64,000 nt of DNA, from NCBI GenBank assembly GCA_900539865.1, contig UQDS01000003.1, positions 10,477-74,476 on the forward strand, written 5' to 3'. The position numbers were made by a program, and so were the translations under genes. The number at the start of each line of letters is the position of its first letter. The stretch's first letter is position 1. Positions 20,501-29,927 of the stretch are shown one piece after another. The stretch is from an uncultured Mollicutes bacterium. GTDB lineage: Bacteria; Bacillota_I; Bacilli_A; RFN20; CAG-288. Under the pieces are notes generated by a model, which did no database searches, was not told the origin of the DNA, and worked only from the letters and a program-made list of their open reading frames with translations.

Positions 20501-22106
20501 TTCTATCTTCCCCCACAAGCAACTCCGATGGCATTATCGAAGCCGCAATGAGCAATTGATTGCCTTTTCCAACAAGAATTATTATCACAACAACCTCATT
20601 TCTTTCCCTTCTTGTCAAAAGGATATTAGAGAAGATGTCGGTGTCGACTACATTTACACCGCAGGTACTTTTGACCGCAAGAGTAAAACAAATCGATTAG
20701 AAGCAGAGAAAGTAGTAGACCTTGTCTTCCAACACATAAAGAAACACCCTGCGCAAAGTCTCGGTGTTGTCGCCTTTAGCATCGCGCAACAAAGCTTGAT
20801 TGATCGTCTCATTCACAAACGTCGCGTTCTTTCTCCCGAGACAGAAAGTTTCTTCCGTTCTGATGTAGCGGAGCCTTTCTTTGTTAAAAATCTCGAAACA
20901 GTGCAAGGCGATGAAAGAGATGTCATCATTTTCTCTACCGCGTATGCCAAAGATAGCTCAGGACATTTTAGTCTCAATTTTGGTCCGTTAAACAAAGAAG
21001 GCGGCGAAAGAAGACTCAACGTTGCTATCACAAGAGCAAAGATCAACATAAAATTAGTAACCTCCATGCACGAGAGCGACATCGATCTCTCCCGCACCGG
21101 ATCACTTGGTATTAAATTGATCAAAGAATATCTTGATTTTGCAGAACACGGACAAAAAGCGCTCAATTTATCCGCATTCGATAAAGAGCAAGAACAACAT
21201 ACCAGCGTCGAAAATGAAATTCGCGATTTCCTCGCTCAAAAAGGTTATAAATCCGACATCAAAGTCGGATATTCTTCCTTTAGAGTAGACATTGCCATTA
21301 AGCATCCTAAAACAGACGATTATTTCTTTGCTATTGAGATGGATGGCCCAAGTTATCATCAGTGCCAAAACACGAGAGATAGAGAACGTCTACGCCAAGA
21401 AGTGTTGGAGAATATGGGTTGGAATTTCTATCGTATCTGGACGCCAGATTGGTTTAGCAACACCGCAGCAGAAAAAGAAAGACTCTTGGAATATTTGACG
21501 AATACCGTAAATAAAACGATTTCTTTTAAAACCACAAATGAATCTAAAATTATTCCAATATTTGAACAAGAAACAAACGTTGGTTTTTTTTTCCCAAGAT
21601 ATAAGATGTCAGATGTAATTGACATGTATAGAAGTCACGATAACGATCCCTACAAAACGATGAAAGCAATCATAGAAGCCGAGGCGCCAATCAACAAAGA
21701 TTGGTTGATAAAGAGAATGCTTCCTCTTTTCCAACGCGACCGCATCAACGATGCCATTCGCGATACTTTCCAGATGTACACCTATCAATTAGAAGAAGAC
21801 AATATCTTCTTAATCGATGATTTCTTCTATTGTGGTGAAACGCCAGAGATATCGATGCTTCGCGTCCCTTTAGGAAGTAACCCTCGCGACTTAAAACACA
21901 TCAGCATTTACGAAATTGCAGGTGCATTAGAAAAGCTGATTCAAGTCAATAAAACAGTCAATAAAGATAGTCTCTTCCACGCGATTGTCGATCTTTTAAA
22001 CATTTCAAGACTCACAGAAAACGTCGAGAATCGCTTAGCAGAAAGTCTCAGTTTGATCCAAGATGAAATCGATATTAACGATAATGTGATTCGTTGGATC
22101 GATTAA
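17508..22106 (+). CDS. Upf1-like SF1 helicase fused to a DUF559/Vsr-like PD-(D/E)xK nuclease; the layout resembles DUF4011 - AAA_11/AAA_12 - REase - DUF3320
   Basis: 1,532 aa. N-terminal WADLLLDTGKRNNLINF (DUF4011-like). Walker A GPPGTGKSQTI (nt ~18429). Motif II VIFDEASQI, then VVGDSMQMPPS, VQGDERDVIIFS and RLNVAITRAK. Nuclease core FRVDIAIK...FAIEMDGPSYH...RDRERLRQEVLENMGWNFYRIW (nt ~21205-21500). Confidence 0.85.
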   Translation: MNQYTLSKWADLLLDTGKRNNLINFNSNTASSVEIIQPNFQSVFDAIKHRRTLEIYNPKSIFDEDDGSLKKEVNIPRQEYIRIHGFKLKGRQVLIYHPLYNPISSIKGLKKKAASVIEETGINILYMAFGFVNWKEKDNSEDIMSAPLLLVPISISNESAISPICINVIEDDILTNPTFVYKLQQEYGISLPEYENEEDDDVLHYLHKLEDIFLKLDWHIDYSCKIALFSFQKLNMHNDLKDNCDIIMESPNVRALSGESISQGNLSPISIEKSTNPLIELHNVVDADSSQIEAIEMAKQGKSFVLQGPPGTGKSQTITNIIAECLYDGKKVLFVSEKIAALNVVYDKLKKAKLSEFCLELHSHKANKKDFIQQLYDTLHLPKYELKEDALNELETLKNAQQQLDEYDHQLHLIHPEMNESVYQMHEEYNKYSHTPNSNYLIPDIASKDKEYLLKAEELLNHYVSFISTLGYDYHQSIFYGFQIQNTSQSSLSSLYRDFTQSRLYIEKIDQINDKILPEYGLKIRNLETLDTIESLILLIKDSQFIIPEDFEINTLNDNINLYQKFKGTLDLYNDRTQKLNEHFNKGIYELNGRELKEKFEDKYSNWFKRFCSRKYKKDRKEIRVHLLNPDEKLNFKSLKNYAEILFDSQSARNQFDKLVANPAFTITEGFRGLQSTFDDALEELTKLKTLLSSLGFETNLSTLTYQQFVTEKGEFKAIGEELEQLHLTYGESFQRINDAFDTNLFNPRKHTLEQLKYHYQQMSDQIEKLPDWCHFLQDLTRMRELGVSSYLDTCLKEKVQKEHIVSMYHKQFYVQWMEHLIHLDPVLSSFYRLPHDEAVNVFQKEDKINFEINKSKIKSKLSFTRPDLSLVIPGSPTATVLREGEKKRKIKSIRTLLAEVPETIQNIKPCFLMSPLSVSTYLSPHMKFDVVIFDEASQIFPQDAIGAIYRGNQLIVVGDSMQMPPSNFFNTIRVSDIDDKDEDENLSDYESILDICSSIFPHKQLRWHYRSRNEQLIAFSNKNYYHNNLISFPSCQKDIREDVGVDYIYTAGTFDRKSKTNRLEAEKVVDLVFQHIKKHPAQSLGVVAFSIAQQSLIDRLIHKRRVLSPETESFFRSDVAEPFFVKNLETVQGDERDVIIFSTAYAKDSSGHFSLNFGPLNKEGGERRLNVAITRAKINIKLVTSMHESDIDLSRTGSLGIKLIKEYLDFAEHGQKALNLSAFDKEQEQHTSVENEIRDFLAQKGYKSDIKVGYSSFRVDIAIKHPKTDDYFFAIEMDGPSYHQCQNTRDRERLRQEVLENMGWNFYRIWTPDWFSNTAAEKERLLEYLTNTVNKTISFKTTNESKIIPIFEQETNVGFFFPRYKMSDVIDMYRSHDNDPYKTMKAIIEAEAPINKDWLIKRMLPLFQRDRINDAIRDTFQMYTYQLEEDNIFLIDDFFYCGETPEISMLRVPLGSNPRDLKHISIYEIAGALEKLIQVNKTVNKDSLFHAIVDLLNISRLTENVENRLAESLSLIQDEIDINDNVIRWID

Positions 22107-22121
22107 ATTTCTCACCTCAAA

Positions 22122-22155
22122 GAAAAAAGGTCATCCCGAAGGATGGCCTTTTTAT
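22122..22155. terminator. Bidirectional terminator shared by the convergent helicase and eno genes
   Basis: AAAAAAGGTCATCC-cgaa-GGATGGCCTTTTT, with an A-run on one side and a T-run on the other. Confidence 0.75.
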
Positions 22156-22169
22156 TTATTAGAGAAGAA

Positions 22170-23483
<1,314 letters not shown>

Positions 23484-24336
23484 TTATTACGTTCATTACA
23501 CATTTTACCAAAAAATACATTTTTTGTTAAGAGATAATCATATGTTCTTTTTATAAAATTATCTTTAAATTAATTCTAATCGACATGACAAAGAATCATT
23601 TTATAAATCGCAAATAAATAATAAAGCAATTATAAAAAAGCTCTGTGATACCGTCTTGTAGATTCATAGAAAAATATTTTAAAAGCAATTTATCAAAAGC
23701 GAATAAAAACACTTGAGCAGCAGATAAAACTTGTATGAAAAATAGACGTCTTAGAAACCGAAAAAACGCCAAAGAGACAAGGTGCATTGAGCCAAAACAT
23801 TTTCAAAAGAAAAAAAAGCATCCCCTAAAACAAGTAAAAAAAGTAATTGGAAGAGAACCCAAACAGAAAAAAGAGATCAAATATACTATTGGTCGTATAT
23901 ACAAGTTTTTTTCAATCTCCATAACTAAAAATAAATGTAAGCCCTATTATTTTGTTACATATTCCGTTTTTTGTAAAAAATACAGATAATTTTGAGACAC
24001 TGAATATTAAGCATTCAACAATATTTGTCTAAAATTTGCTGCATTTTTTTAATTGAACAATATTCATTTTTTGTTTTATTTCCGTTATTTTAGCCATTTT
24101 ATGTTAAAAGCAACTTATAATATTATTAATGTTTTTTTCTTTTAGTTCTGTTTCTGTTTTTAATAGACATTATATATAATATGGTAAAAATGCATTTTTA
24201 AGAAAAACATATTTTTAGATATTATATTTGCAAAAACTTCGACAGTTGTGGTGTTTTAATCACATATGAAATGAAATATATATGTCGATTTTGCAATTTC
24301 CTAAAAGTTTACAAATTAAAATTTTTTTATTACAAT

Positions 24337-24350
24337 TGTAAGCGGTTCAA
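24337..24350 (+). promoter_or_regulatory. Candidate cre / LacI-family operator half-palindrome abutting the malQ start
   Basis: TGTAAGCGGTTCAA compared with the cre consensus TGWAANCGNTNWCA shows 2 mismatches at the 3' end. Confidence 0.3.
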
Positions 24351-24351
24351 A

Positions 24352-25905
24352 ATGAAAAATACTACAGAGAGAAACATGGGGGCTATCCCAAGACTACGGT
24401 TAAGTGGTGTAGCGCTTCCCATATTTGCCCTTCCAAGCAACTATGGCATCGGAACCATTGGAAAATCGGCAAAAAAATTCATCGCTTTTCTATCCGATTC
24501 GGGCTTCTCATATTGGAGTATTCTCCCATTAGGACCAACGTCTTTCTGTGACTCTCCTTTTCAATCTGTCTCAAGCCGTGCCCTTAATCCTTATTTAATA
24601 GATTTAGATGATCTTATTGAAAAAGGTTTATTGAAGAAGAGAGATCTCTCTTCTATCAATTGGGGTGATGATCCACTACATATCGATTATCAGAAGATTT
24701 TCGAAAATAGGATTCCGGTCTTGAAAAAAGCGTATCGCCGCTTTAAAAAAGGTCAAGGGGACTATCAGCGAGGATACACGGTCTTCCTACGTAGCAAAAA
24801 ATTCTCCGACTTTGCCTGCTTCATGGTATTGAAAGAGAAAAACCACGACTGTTCCTGGGTCGACTTCAAAACGCCTTACCAAAATTATTCGCCTTCTGCT
24901 TTCCGTCAATTCAAAAGAACGTATCGCGATGAAATCGAATTCTATGAATGGACCCAATATATATTTTTAAAACAGTGGGGAGATCTAAAAGAATATGCTC
25001 ATTCTAAAAATGTGCATATTATCGGAATCATGCCAATGCATGTGGCATATGATTCTATCGATGTCTACAAACATGCCAAAAACTTCCTTCTTAACAGCAA
25101 AAATCGCATGGATGTAGTCGCAGGTTATCCACCGGATATCTTCTATAAAGAAGGACAGTCTTGGGGTTCCCCGCTTTACCGATTCGATTTCTTAAAAAAG
25201 AACGATTATCGTCTTTTCAAAGATCGTCTTAACTTCAATTATTCTCTCTATGATATTGTCGTTTTAGATCACTTCAGAGGATATTTGGAAAACTATGCTA
25301 TTCCCTACGGAAGCAAGAATGGTTTAAAAGGTGAGTGGAGCAAGACAGAAGGAAAGAGAGTTGTCGATTTGTTTGTCAGTGACAAATCAAGAGTGATTGC
25401 TGAAACAGTCGATTGGTCCAATCAAGAATTGACCCAAACGCTCGAGGAACTACAAATCAAAGATATGTGTGTCGCTGAATTCGGCTTCCCACGAGAAAGT
25501 TCCAACTTCAACCGTCCGATCAACTATAGCTTCTCTTGTGTCTCTTATTCCACCACGCATGACTGTATGCCGTTAAAAGGATATTTCGAAGAAATGAGTC
25601 CCGAATCTTTAAATCAAGCTCTTATGCAGATCAACACCTGCTGCAAACACTTCGGTGTAAAAGAGGTCACAAGTAAAGATCCAAAAGAGATCACTTCTGC
25701 TATCCTTGAACTAAATCTCGCTTCGCTTAGCGCTATCTCCATCCAATCTATGACCGATATTCTTTATCAAGGTAAGGAAGGCCGTATCAACACACCGGGC
25801 TTTACCGGACCAAACTGGAGATATCGCATCTCAGAAAACGACTTTTCTCCCACCTTGGCAAAACAGCTACGAGAGCTCAATAGAAAATACGGTAGATGCG
25901 ATTAA
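24352..25905 (+). CDS. malQ: 4-alpha-glucanotransferase (amylomaltase, GH77)
   Basis: N-terminal GVALPIFALPSNYGIGTIG and LDHFRGY are GH77 hallmarks. The start is uncertain. ATG 24352 has no clear RBS. ATG 24376 (MGAIPRL) is an alternative. The ORF-track start at 24271 is unlikely. Confidence 0.88.
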   Translation: MKNTTERNMGAIPRLRLSGVALPIFALPSNYGIGTIGKSAKKFIAFLSDSGFSYWSILPLGPTSFCDSPFQSVSSRALNPYLIDLDDLIEKGLLKKRDLSSINWGDDPLHIDYQKIFENRIPVLKKAYRRFKKGQGDYQRGYTVFLRSKKFSDFACFMVLKEKNHDCSWVDFKTPYQNYSPSAFRQFKRTYRDEIEFYEWTQYIFLKQWGDLKEYAHSKNVHIIGIMPMHVAYDSIDVYKHAKNFLLNSKNRMDVVAGYPPDIFYKEGQSWGSPLYRFDFLKKNDYRLFKDRLNFNYSLYDIVVLDHFRGYLENYAIPYGSKNGLKGEWSKTEGKRVVDLFVSDKSRVIAETVDWSNQELTQTLEELQIKDMCVAEFGFPRESSNFNRPINYSFSCVSYSTTHDCMPLKGYFEEMSPESLNQALMQINTCCKHFGVKEVTSKDPKEITSAILELNLASLSAISIQSMTDILYQGKEGRINTPGFTGPNWRYRISENDFSPTLAKQLRELNRKYGRCD

Positions 25906-25997
25906 ATTTGATTCTTTATAAGACTATTAAACCGTAAAGTCTTATTGGAATATACGTTGTTTGTAAAATCTTTTATTAAAAAAGGGGGTAATTATCC

Positions 25998-27272
25998 ATG
26001 AAAAAAAGATTTGCAGTTTCGATGCTCGCTTTAGCATCATTAGCCTTAGTCGCTTGCGGCGGCGGTGAATCCACCGATAAACCGACTGAAAAGCCGACTG
26101 AACCTGTCGGAACCAAAGACACTATCGTTATCGGTTCTCCGACAACCAACCACGCTTTTGTTCAGAAGCAGGTTAACGATTTCTTAAAGGCCGAAGGTCT
26201 TGACGCCAAATATGAAGTCAAGATGTATGACCTCAACGAAACCGAAGTCAACAACATCACCGACTGGTCCGCTCCGACTGCTCCGGACATCTATTCTTTC
26301 CCGTCCGATGTTCTCGGCAAACTCAAGGGTAATGGTGCCGTTTCTGTCGTTCCGGATGCTTTCGTTGATGAAATGAAGGCCAACTTCAATGAAACCGCTG
26401 TTGGTGCTGCTACCATCGGTCAGGATGTCTATGGCTATCCTTTCTCTGGTGATAACGGCTACTTCCTCTATTACAACAAGGATATTGTTGCTGAAAATCA
26501 GACTGACACTGTCGACAATATCGTCGCCGCTTGCGCTGCTCAGGGCACCAAGTTCGCTTACGCTCTTGATACTGACTCCACCTTCTTCTCCATCGGTACT
26601 TTCATGTCCTTTGGTTCTAGATACGAAGTCAAGCTCAACAAGGACGGAACTTTCGCTTCTGCTTCTTCCACTTTCGCTGATGCCACTGGTATCAAAGCCG
26701 CTGAAGGTGTCTACAACCTCCTTCACAACGAAAATATCATCACCACTCATAAGGGTGGCCGTGATGTCGCTCCGACCAAAGCCAACAAGATCGGTGCTAT
26801 CGTTGAAGGTTCTTGGAAGTATGATGCTTACAAGAAAGAATTAGGCGATAAGTTAGGCCTTTGCAAACTCCCGACCATCACTGTCGGTGAAGAAACAAAG
26901 AACCTTTCTTCCTTCTTAGGTTACAAGATTTATGGCGTCAACGATAAGAAGTCTGCTGAAAACTCTGAAAGACTCATCGCTCTCCATAAGGTCGCTAACT
27001 TCTTAGCCTCCGAAAAGACTCAGGAAGCCAGATTCGATGAACTCACTGTCATCCCGACCAACAAGAAGGTTGCTGCCAGCGAAAAAGTCAAATCCTCCGA
27101 CCTCGCTCAGGCTCTCTTCACCCAGTCTGAATTCTCTGTTGCTCAGACCATCACTCCGAACCAGATTTGGACAGCTGCTGCCACTGCTGTTGATTCCTTA
27201 AAGACCAGCAATGACTTCGCTGCCATCATGAAGACCTTTGATGAAACCATCAAAGCTTCCACTGGTTTCTAA
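25998..27272 (+). CDS. Maltodextrin/sugar ABC transporter substrate-binding lipoprotein
   Basis: 424 aa with the lipobox LALVAC-GGG, a family-1 SBP-like sequence and strong codon bias. RBS GGGGG. First gene of the ABC cluster. Confidence 0.85.
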   Translation: MKKRFAVSMLALASLALVACGGGESTDKPTEKPTEPVGTKDTIVIGSPTTNHAFVQKQVNDFLKAEGLDAKYEVKMYDLNETEVNNITDWSAPTAPDIYSFPSDVLGKLKGNGAVSVVPDAFVDEMKANFNETAVGAATIGQDVYGYPFSGDNGYFLYYNKDIVAENQTDTVDNIVAACAAQGTKFAYALDTDSTFFSIGTFMSFGSRYEVKLNKDGTFASASSTFADATGIKAAEGVYNLLHNENIITTHKGGRDVAPTKANKIGAIVEGSWKYDAYKKELGDKLGLCKLPTITVGEETKNLSSFLGYKIYGVNDKKSAENSERLIALHKVANFLASEKTQEARFDELTVIPTNKKVAASEKVKSSDLAQALFTQSEFSVAQTITPNQIWTAAATAVDSLKTSNDFAAIMKTFDETIKASTGF

Positions 27273-27290
27273 GCCTATCTCAATCAATAA

Positions 27291-27328
27291 TATTAGGAGA
27301 GCGTATTCGCTCTCCTAATATTTATTTT
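27291..27328 (+). terminator. Intra-operon hairpin after the binding-protein gene
   Basis: TATTAGGAGAGCG-tatt-CGCTCTCCTAATA is followed by TTTATTTT. This is the classic arrangement giving excess SBP transcript. Confidence 0.6.
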
Positions 27329-27427
27329 GTGCTAAAAAAGAAACTTAAATTTTTTATAAAAATTGTTTATATATATTTTTATCAAATTTAAGCGATTATT
27401 CCGCTATTAAAATAAGGAGGAGAAACT

Positions 27428-29014
27428 ATGGCTGACAATAAAAATCTCGTTTTAGAAAGCCAGCTAGAATATCTTTCGTTAAGCAAACCCAAAAAGATTC
27501 TCTATCGATTCACTCATTTTTTTACAAACATTCCCAAAAAGATTAGTCGTAGTGTACAATCAGTTCCTTCTAAAGCAAGAAAAAGCTCTCGTGGCATCGC
27601 GGGTATTTTCCGCAATATCTACAGAGCTGCTGTAGACGGCGATTGGAAAACACGTTTATCTTTCGCTGTCATGGGTTTTGGTCAGGTGACAAGACATCAA
27701 ATGATTCGCGGTGTACTCAATTTCCTCTTTGAAATTGTCTACATCTTATTCATGATTACTGTCGGTGGTCCCGCATTGAGCCAGATGCATAATTTAGGTA
27801 GCATCGCATACGGAAGTTATACCGAAATCAATGATATTTTAAATATTATTGTTCCTGTCTTTTACGATAACTCGTTTACAATTTTACTTTATTCTCTCTT
27901 TGCCATTGCAATGACACTTTTGCTTGCCGTTTTATGGTACGGACAAATTAAAGATAGTAAATTGTTACAAGATAACGAAGAAATCGGTCATTACGAGTCT
28001 GACAAAAACACACTGAAAGGTGTATTAGATAAGGATTACGCAAAGACACTTTTATTCATTCCGATCGGAACACTTGTGATATTCACTGTTCTTCCGATGG
28101 TCATGATGGTCCTTATCGCATTTACGAACTACGACTATATGCATAACGCCACAACCGCAAAAGATACCCTTTTCGATTGGGTCGGTATGTATAACTTCGC
28201 CACTATCTTCACCAAAATTTCCAGCGAATCGAACAATATTGTATTAACAGTATTCCTTCAGGTTTTGCTTTGGACATTGATATGGGCTTTCTGTGCTACT
28301 TTTTCCAATTACTTCTTAGGTATGATTGTCGCTATGATCATCAATACCAAGGGTATTAAGTTAAAGAAACTTTGGAGAACTGTTCTCATCACCACAATTG
28401 CTGTTCCTAACTTCATTTCATTGCTGTTGATTTCGAGCATGTTAGCCGATAACGGTTTGGTTAACTCCTTACTACAATCTTGGGGATGGACAGAAACAAC
28501 GATTAAGTTCCTCACTGACCCTGTCATCGCCAAAATCACCATTATCTTAGTCAATACATGGTGCGGTATTCCTTACTCCATGTTAGTCTGCACAGGCTTA
28601 TTGATGAATATTCCTGAAGACTTATATGAATCTGCAAAAATCGACGGTGCCTCTCCGACAAAGATGTATATGAAGATCACTTTGCCTTACATGCTCTTTG
28701 TCACTGGTCCGTATCTCATTTCACAATTTGTTGGCAACATCAACAACTTCAACGTCATTTACTTCTTATCTGGCGGTGGTCCTTCCTTCGCCTCAGCCTT
28801 TATCGGACAACAGTTACCTTCACTCATCACCTCTTCTGGTGTCGGTCAAACAGACTTGTTAATCACTTGGATTTACAAACTGAGTACAAACAACTCCTTT
28901 GACTATGGTGTCGCTTCTGTTCTTGGCTTGTTGATCTTTGCCCTTGTCGCTTTCTTCTCTCTTATCTTCTATAACAGAAGTTCTGCCGTTCAGGATGAGG
29001 AGGCCTTCCAATAA
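27428..29014 (+). CDS. Sugar ABC transporter permease (MalF-like)
   Basis: 528 aa, polytopic, with the EAA loop ESAKIDGASPTKMYMKITLP. RBS AGGAGGAG. Confidence 0.85.
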   Translation: MADNKNLVLESQLEYLSLSKPKKILYRFTHFFTNIPKKISRSVQSVPSKARKSSRGIAGIFRNIYRAAVDGDWKTRLSFAVMGFGQVTRHQMIRGVLNFLFEIVYILFMITVGGPALSQMHNLGSIAYGSYTEINDILNIIVPVFYDNSFTILLYSLFAIAMTLLLAVLWYGQIKDSKLLQDNEEIGHYESDKNTLKGVLDKDYAKTLLFIPIGTLVIFTVLPMVMMVLIAFTNYDYMHNATTAKDTLFDWVGMYNFATIFTKISSESNNIVLTVFLQVLLWTLIWAFCATFSNYFLGMIVAMIINTKGIKLKKLWRTVLITTIAVPNFISLLLISSMLADNGLVNSLLQSWGWTETTIKFLTDPVIAKITIILVNTWCGIPYSMLVCTGLLMNIPEDLYESAKIDGASPTKMYMKITLPYMLFVTGPYLISQFVGNINNFNVIYFLSGGGPSFASAFIGQQLPSLITSSGVGQTDLLITWIYKLSTNNSFDYGVASVLGLLIFALVAFFSLIFYNRSSAVQDEEAFQ

Positions 29015-29922
29015 TGAACAACGAAAAGAAACTCAATTATCGTTCACATAAAAGAGCAATTCTCACCAAAAACATCATCATTTATACCGTCCTCATTCTC
29101 CTTAGTGTTTTCTGGCTTATTCCCTTTGTTTATTTGTTAGGTCAATCCTTCTCTAGCTCTTATGCGCCTCGTTTCTTCTTCCCTCTCATCAACCCTTCCG
29201 AAGATTTGCTCGCGCAAGGTTATCCTTACTTTACCTTTGATAACTATGTCAAACTCTTTACCGATGATATTTATCATTTCGGCATTTGGTATAAAAACAC
29301 CTTGATTATTACCTCGGTTACTTGTGTTATTGAAACCGTCTTAGTTCTCGGTACTTCTTATGCCTTCTCTCGTCTCCGTTTCAAACTCCGTAAGCCTTTG
29401 ATGAAACTCATCCTTGTCTTGAGTATGTTCCCTGGCTTCTTAAGCATGATCATCATCTATTCCATTCTCAAGCTCATCGGCCTTAACGGTAACATCTATT
29501 CTTTGATTCTTATCTACATCGGCGGTTCCGCCATGCAGTATTACATCGCCAAAGGTTTCTTCGACACAATCCCTCGTTCCCTTGATGAAGCAGCCATGAT
29601 TGATGGTGCCAACAAAAACACCATCTTCTTCCGCGTCATCATGCCTCTTTCTAAGCCGATTGTTGTCTACACTGCCTTAATCACATTCACCGGTCCTTGG
29701 GGCGACTTCATGCTTCCGAACTTCTTGGCCGGTGGCACCGATGAGGCGAGAACTGTTGCGGTCGGTCTTTGGAGAATTGTCAACGACTTGACCAACCGTG
29801 CTGTCTACTTCCCCTTCTTCTGCGCTGGCGCAGTATTTGTCTCTGTCCCGATTATGATTCTCTTCTTCTGGTTACAAAGATACTATGTAGAAGGTATCAC
29901 CGGCGGCGCTGTCAAGGGTTAA
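29014..29922 (+). CDS. Sugar ABC transporter permease (MalG-like)
   Basis: 302 aa with the EAA loop EAAMIDGANKNTIFFRVIMPLSKP. Its start overlaps the upstream stop (ATAATG). Confidence 0.88.
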   Translation: MNNEKKLNYRSHKRAILTKNIIIYTVLILLSVFWLIPFVYLLGQSFSSSYAPRFFFPLINPSEDLLAQGYPYFTFDNYVKLFTDDIYHFGIWYKNTLIITSVTCVIETVLVLGTSYAFSRLRFKLRKPLMKLILVLSMFPGFLSMIIIYSILKLIGLNGNIYSLILIYIGGSAMQYYIAKGFFDTIPRSLDEAAMIDGANKNTIFFRVIMPLSKPIVVYTALITFTGPWGDFMLPNFLAGGTDEARTVAVGLWRIVNDLTNRAVYFPFFCAGAVFVSVPIMILFFWLQRYYVEGITGGAVKG

Positions 29923-29927
29923 ACAAG

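Noticed and set aside
23936-23951. Exact 16-mer TGTAAGCCCTATTATT shared between the eno-malQ spacer (23936-23951, + strand) and the gap upstream region (2729-2744, - strand). Considered as a glycolytic regulator site.
   Set aside because: A single 16-nt match in 64 kb of AT-rich DNA searched on both strands is about what chance predicts. The flanks do not align. Orientation and distance to the promoters differ, and it does not resemble the CggR operator.
23735-23989. 84-aa lysine-rich ORF (and the 63-aa antisense ORF at 23596-23787) in the eno-malQ spacer.
   Set aside because: The composition simply reflects translation of A-rich DNA (AAA/AAG). There is no RBS, and the two ORFs overlap each other. 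Treated as non-coding.
26184-26844. Long ORFs (188 aa antisense, 151 aa sense-shifted) overlapping the ABC substrate-binding-protein gene. Similar embedded ORFs occur inside pgk, gap, eno, pfp and the ATPase gene.
   Set aside because: They lie entirely inside CDSs with unambiguous homology-type motifs. Their translations are low-complexity (S/L/P/V-rich) and they lack RBSs. They are the expected by-product of strong codon bias and higher GC in highly expressed genes.
29769-29927. N-terminal 53-codon extension of the amylase ORF overlapping malG. Similar upstream extensions occur at 16741 (Nudix), 24271 (malQ), 35645 (hypothetical) and 45987 (fruK).
   Set aside because: The extensions overlap upstream genes or terminators and encode implausible sequence. 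Internal ATGs with good RBSs give canonical N-termini, such as a signal peptide with a lipobox.
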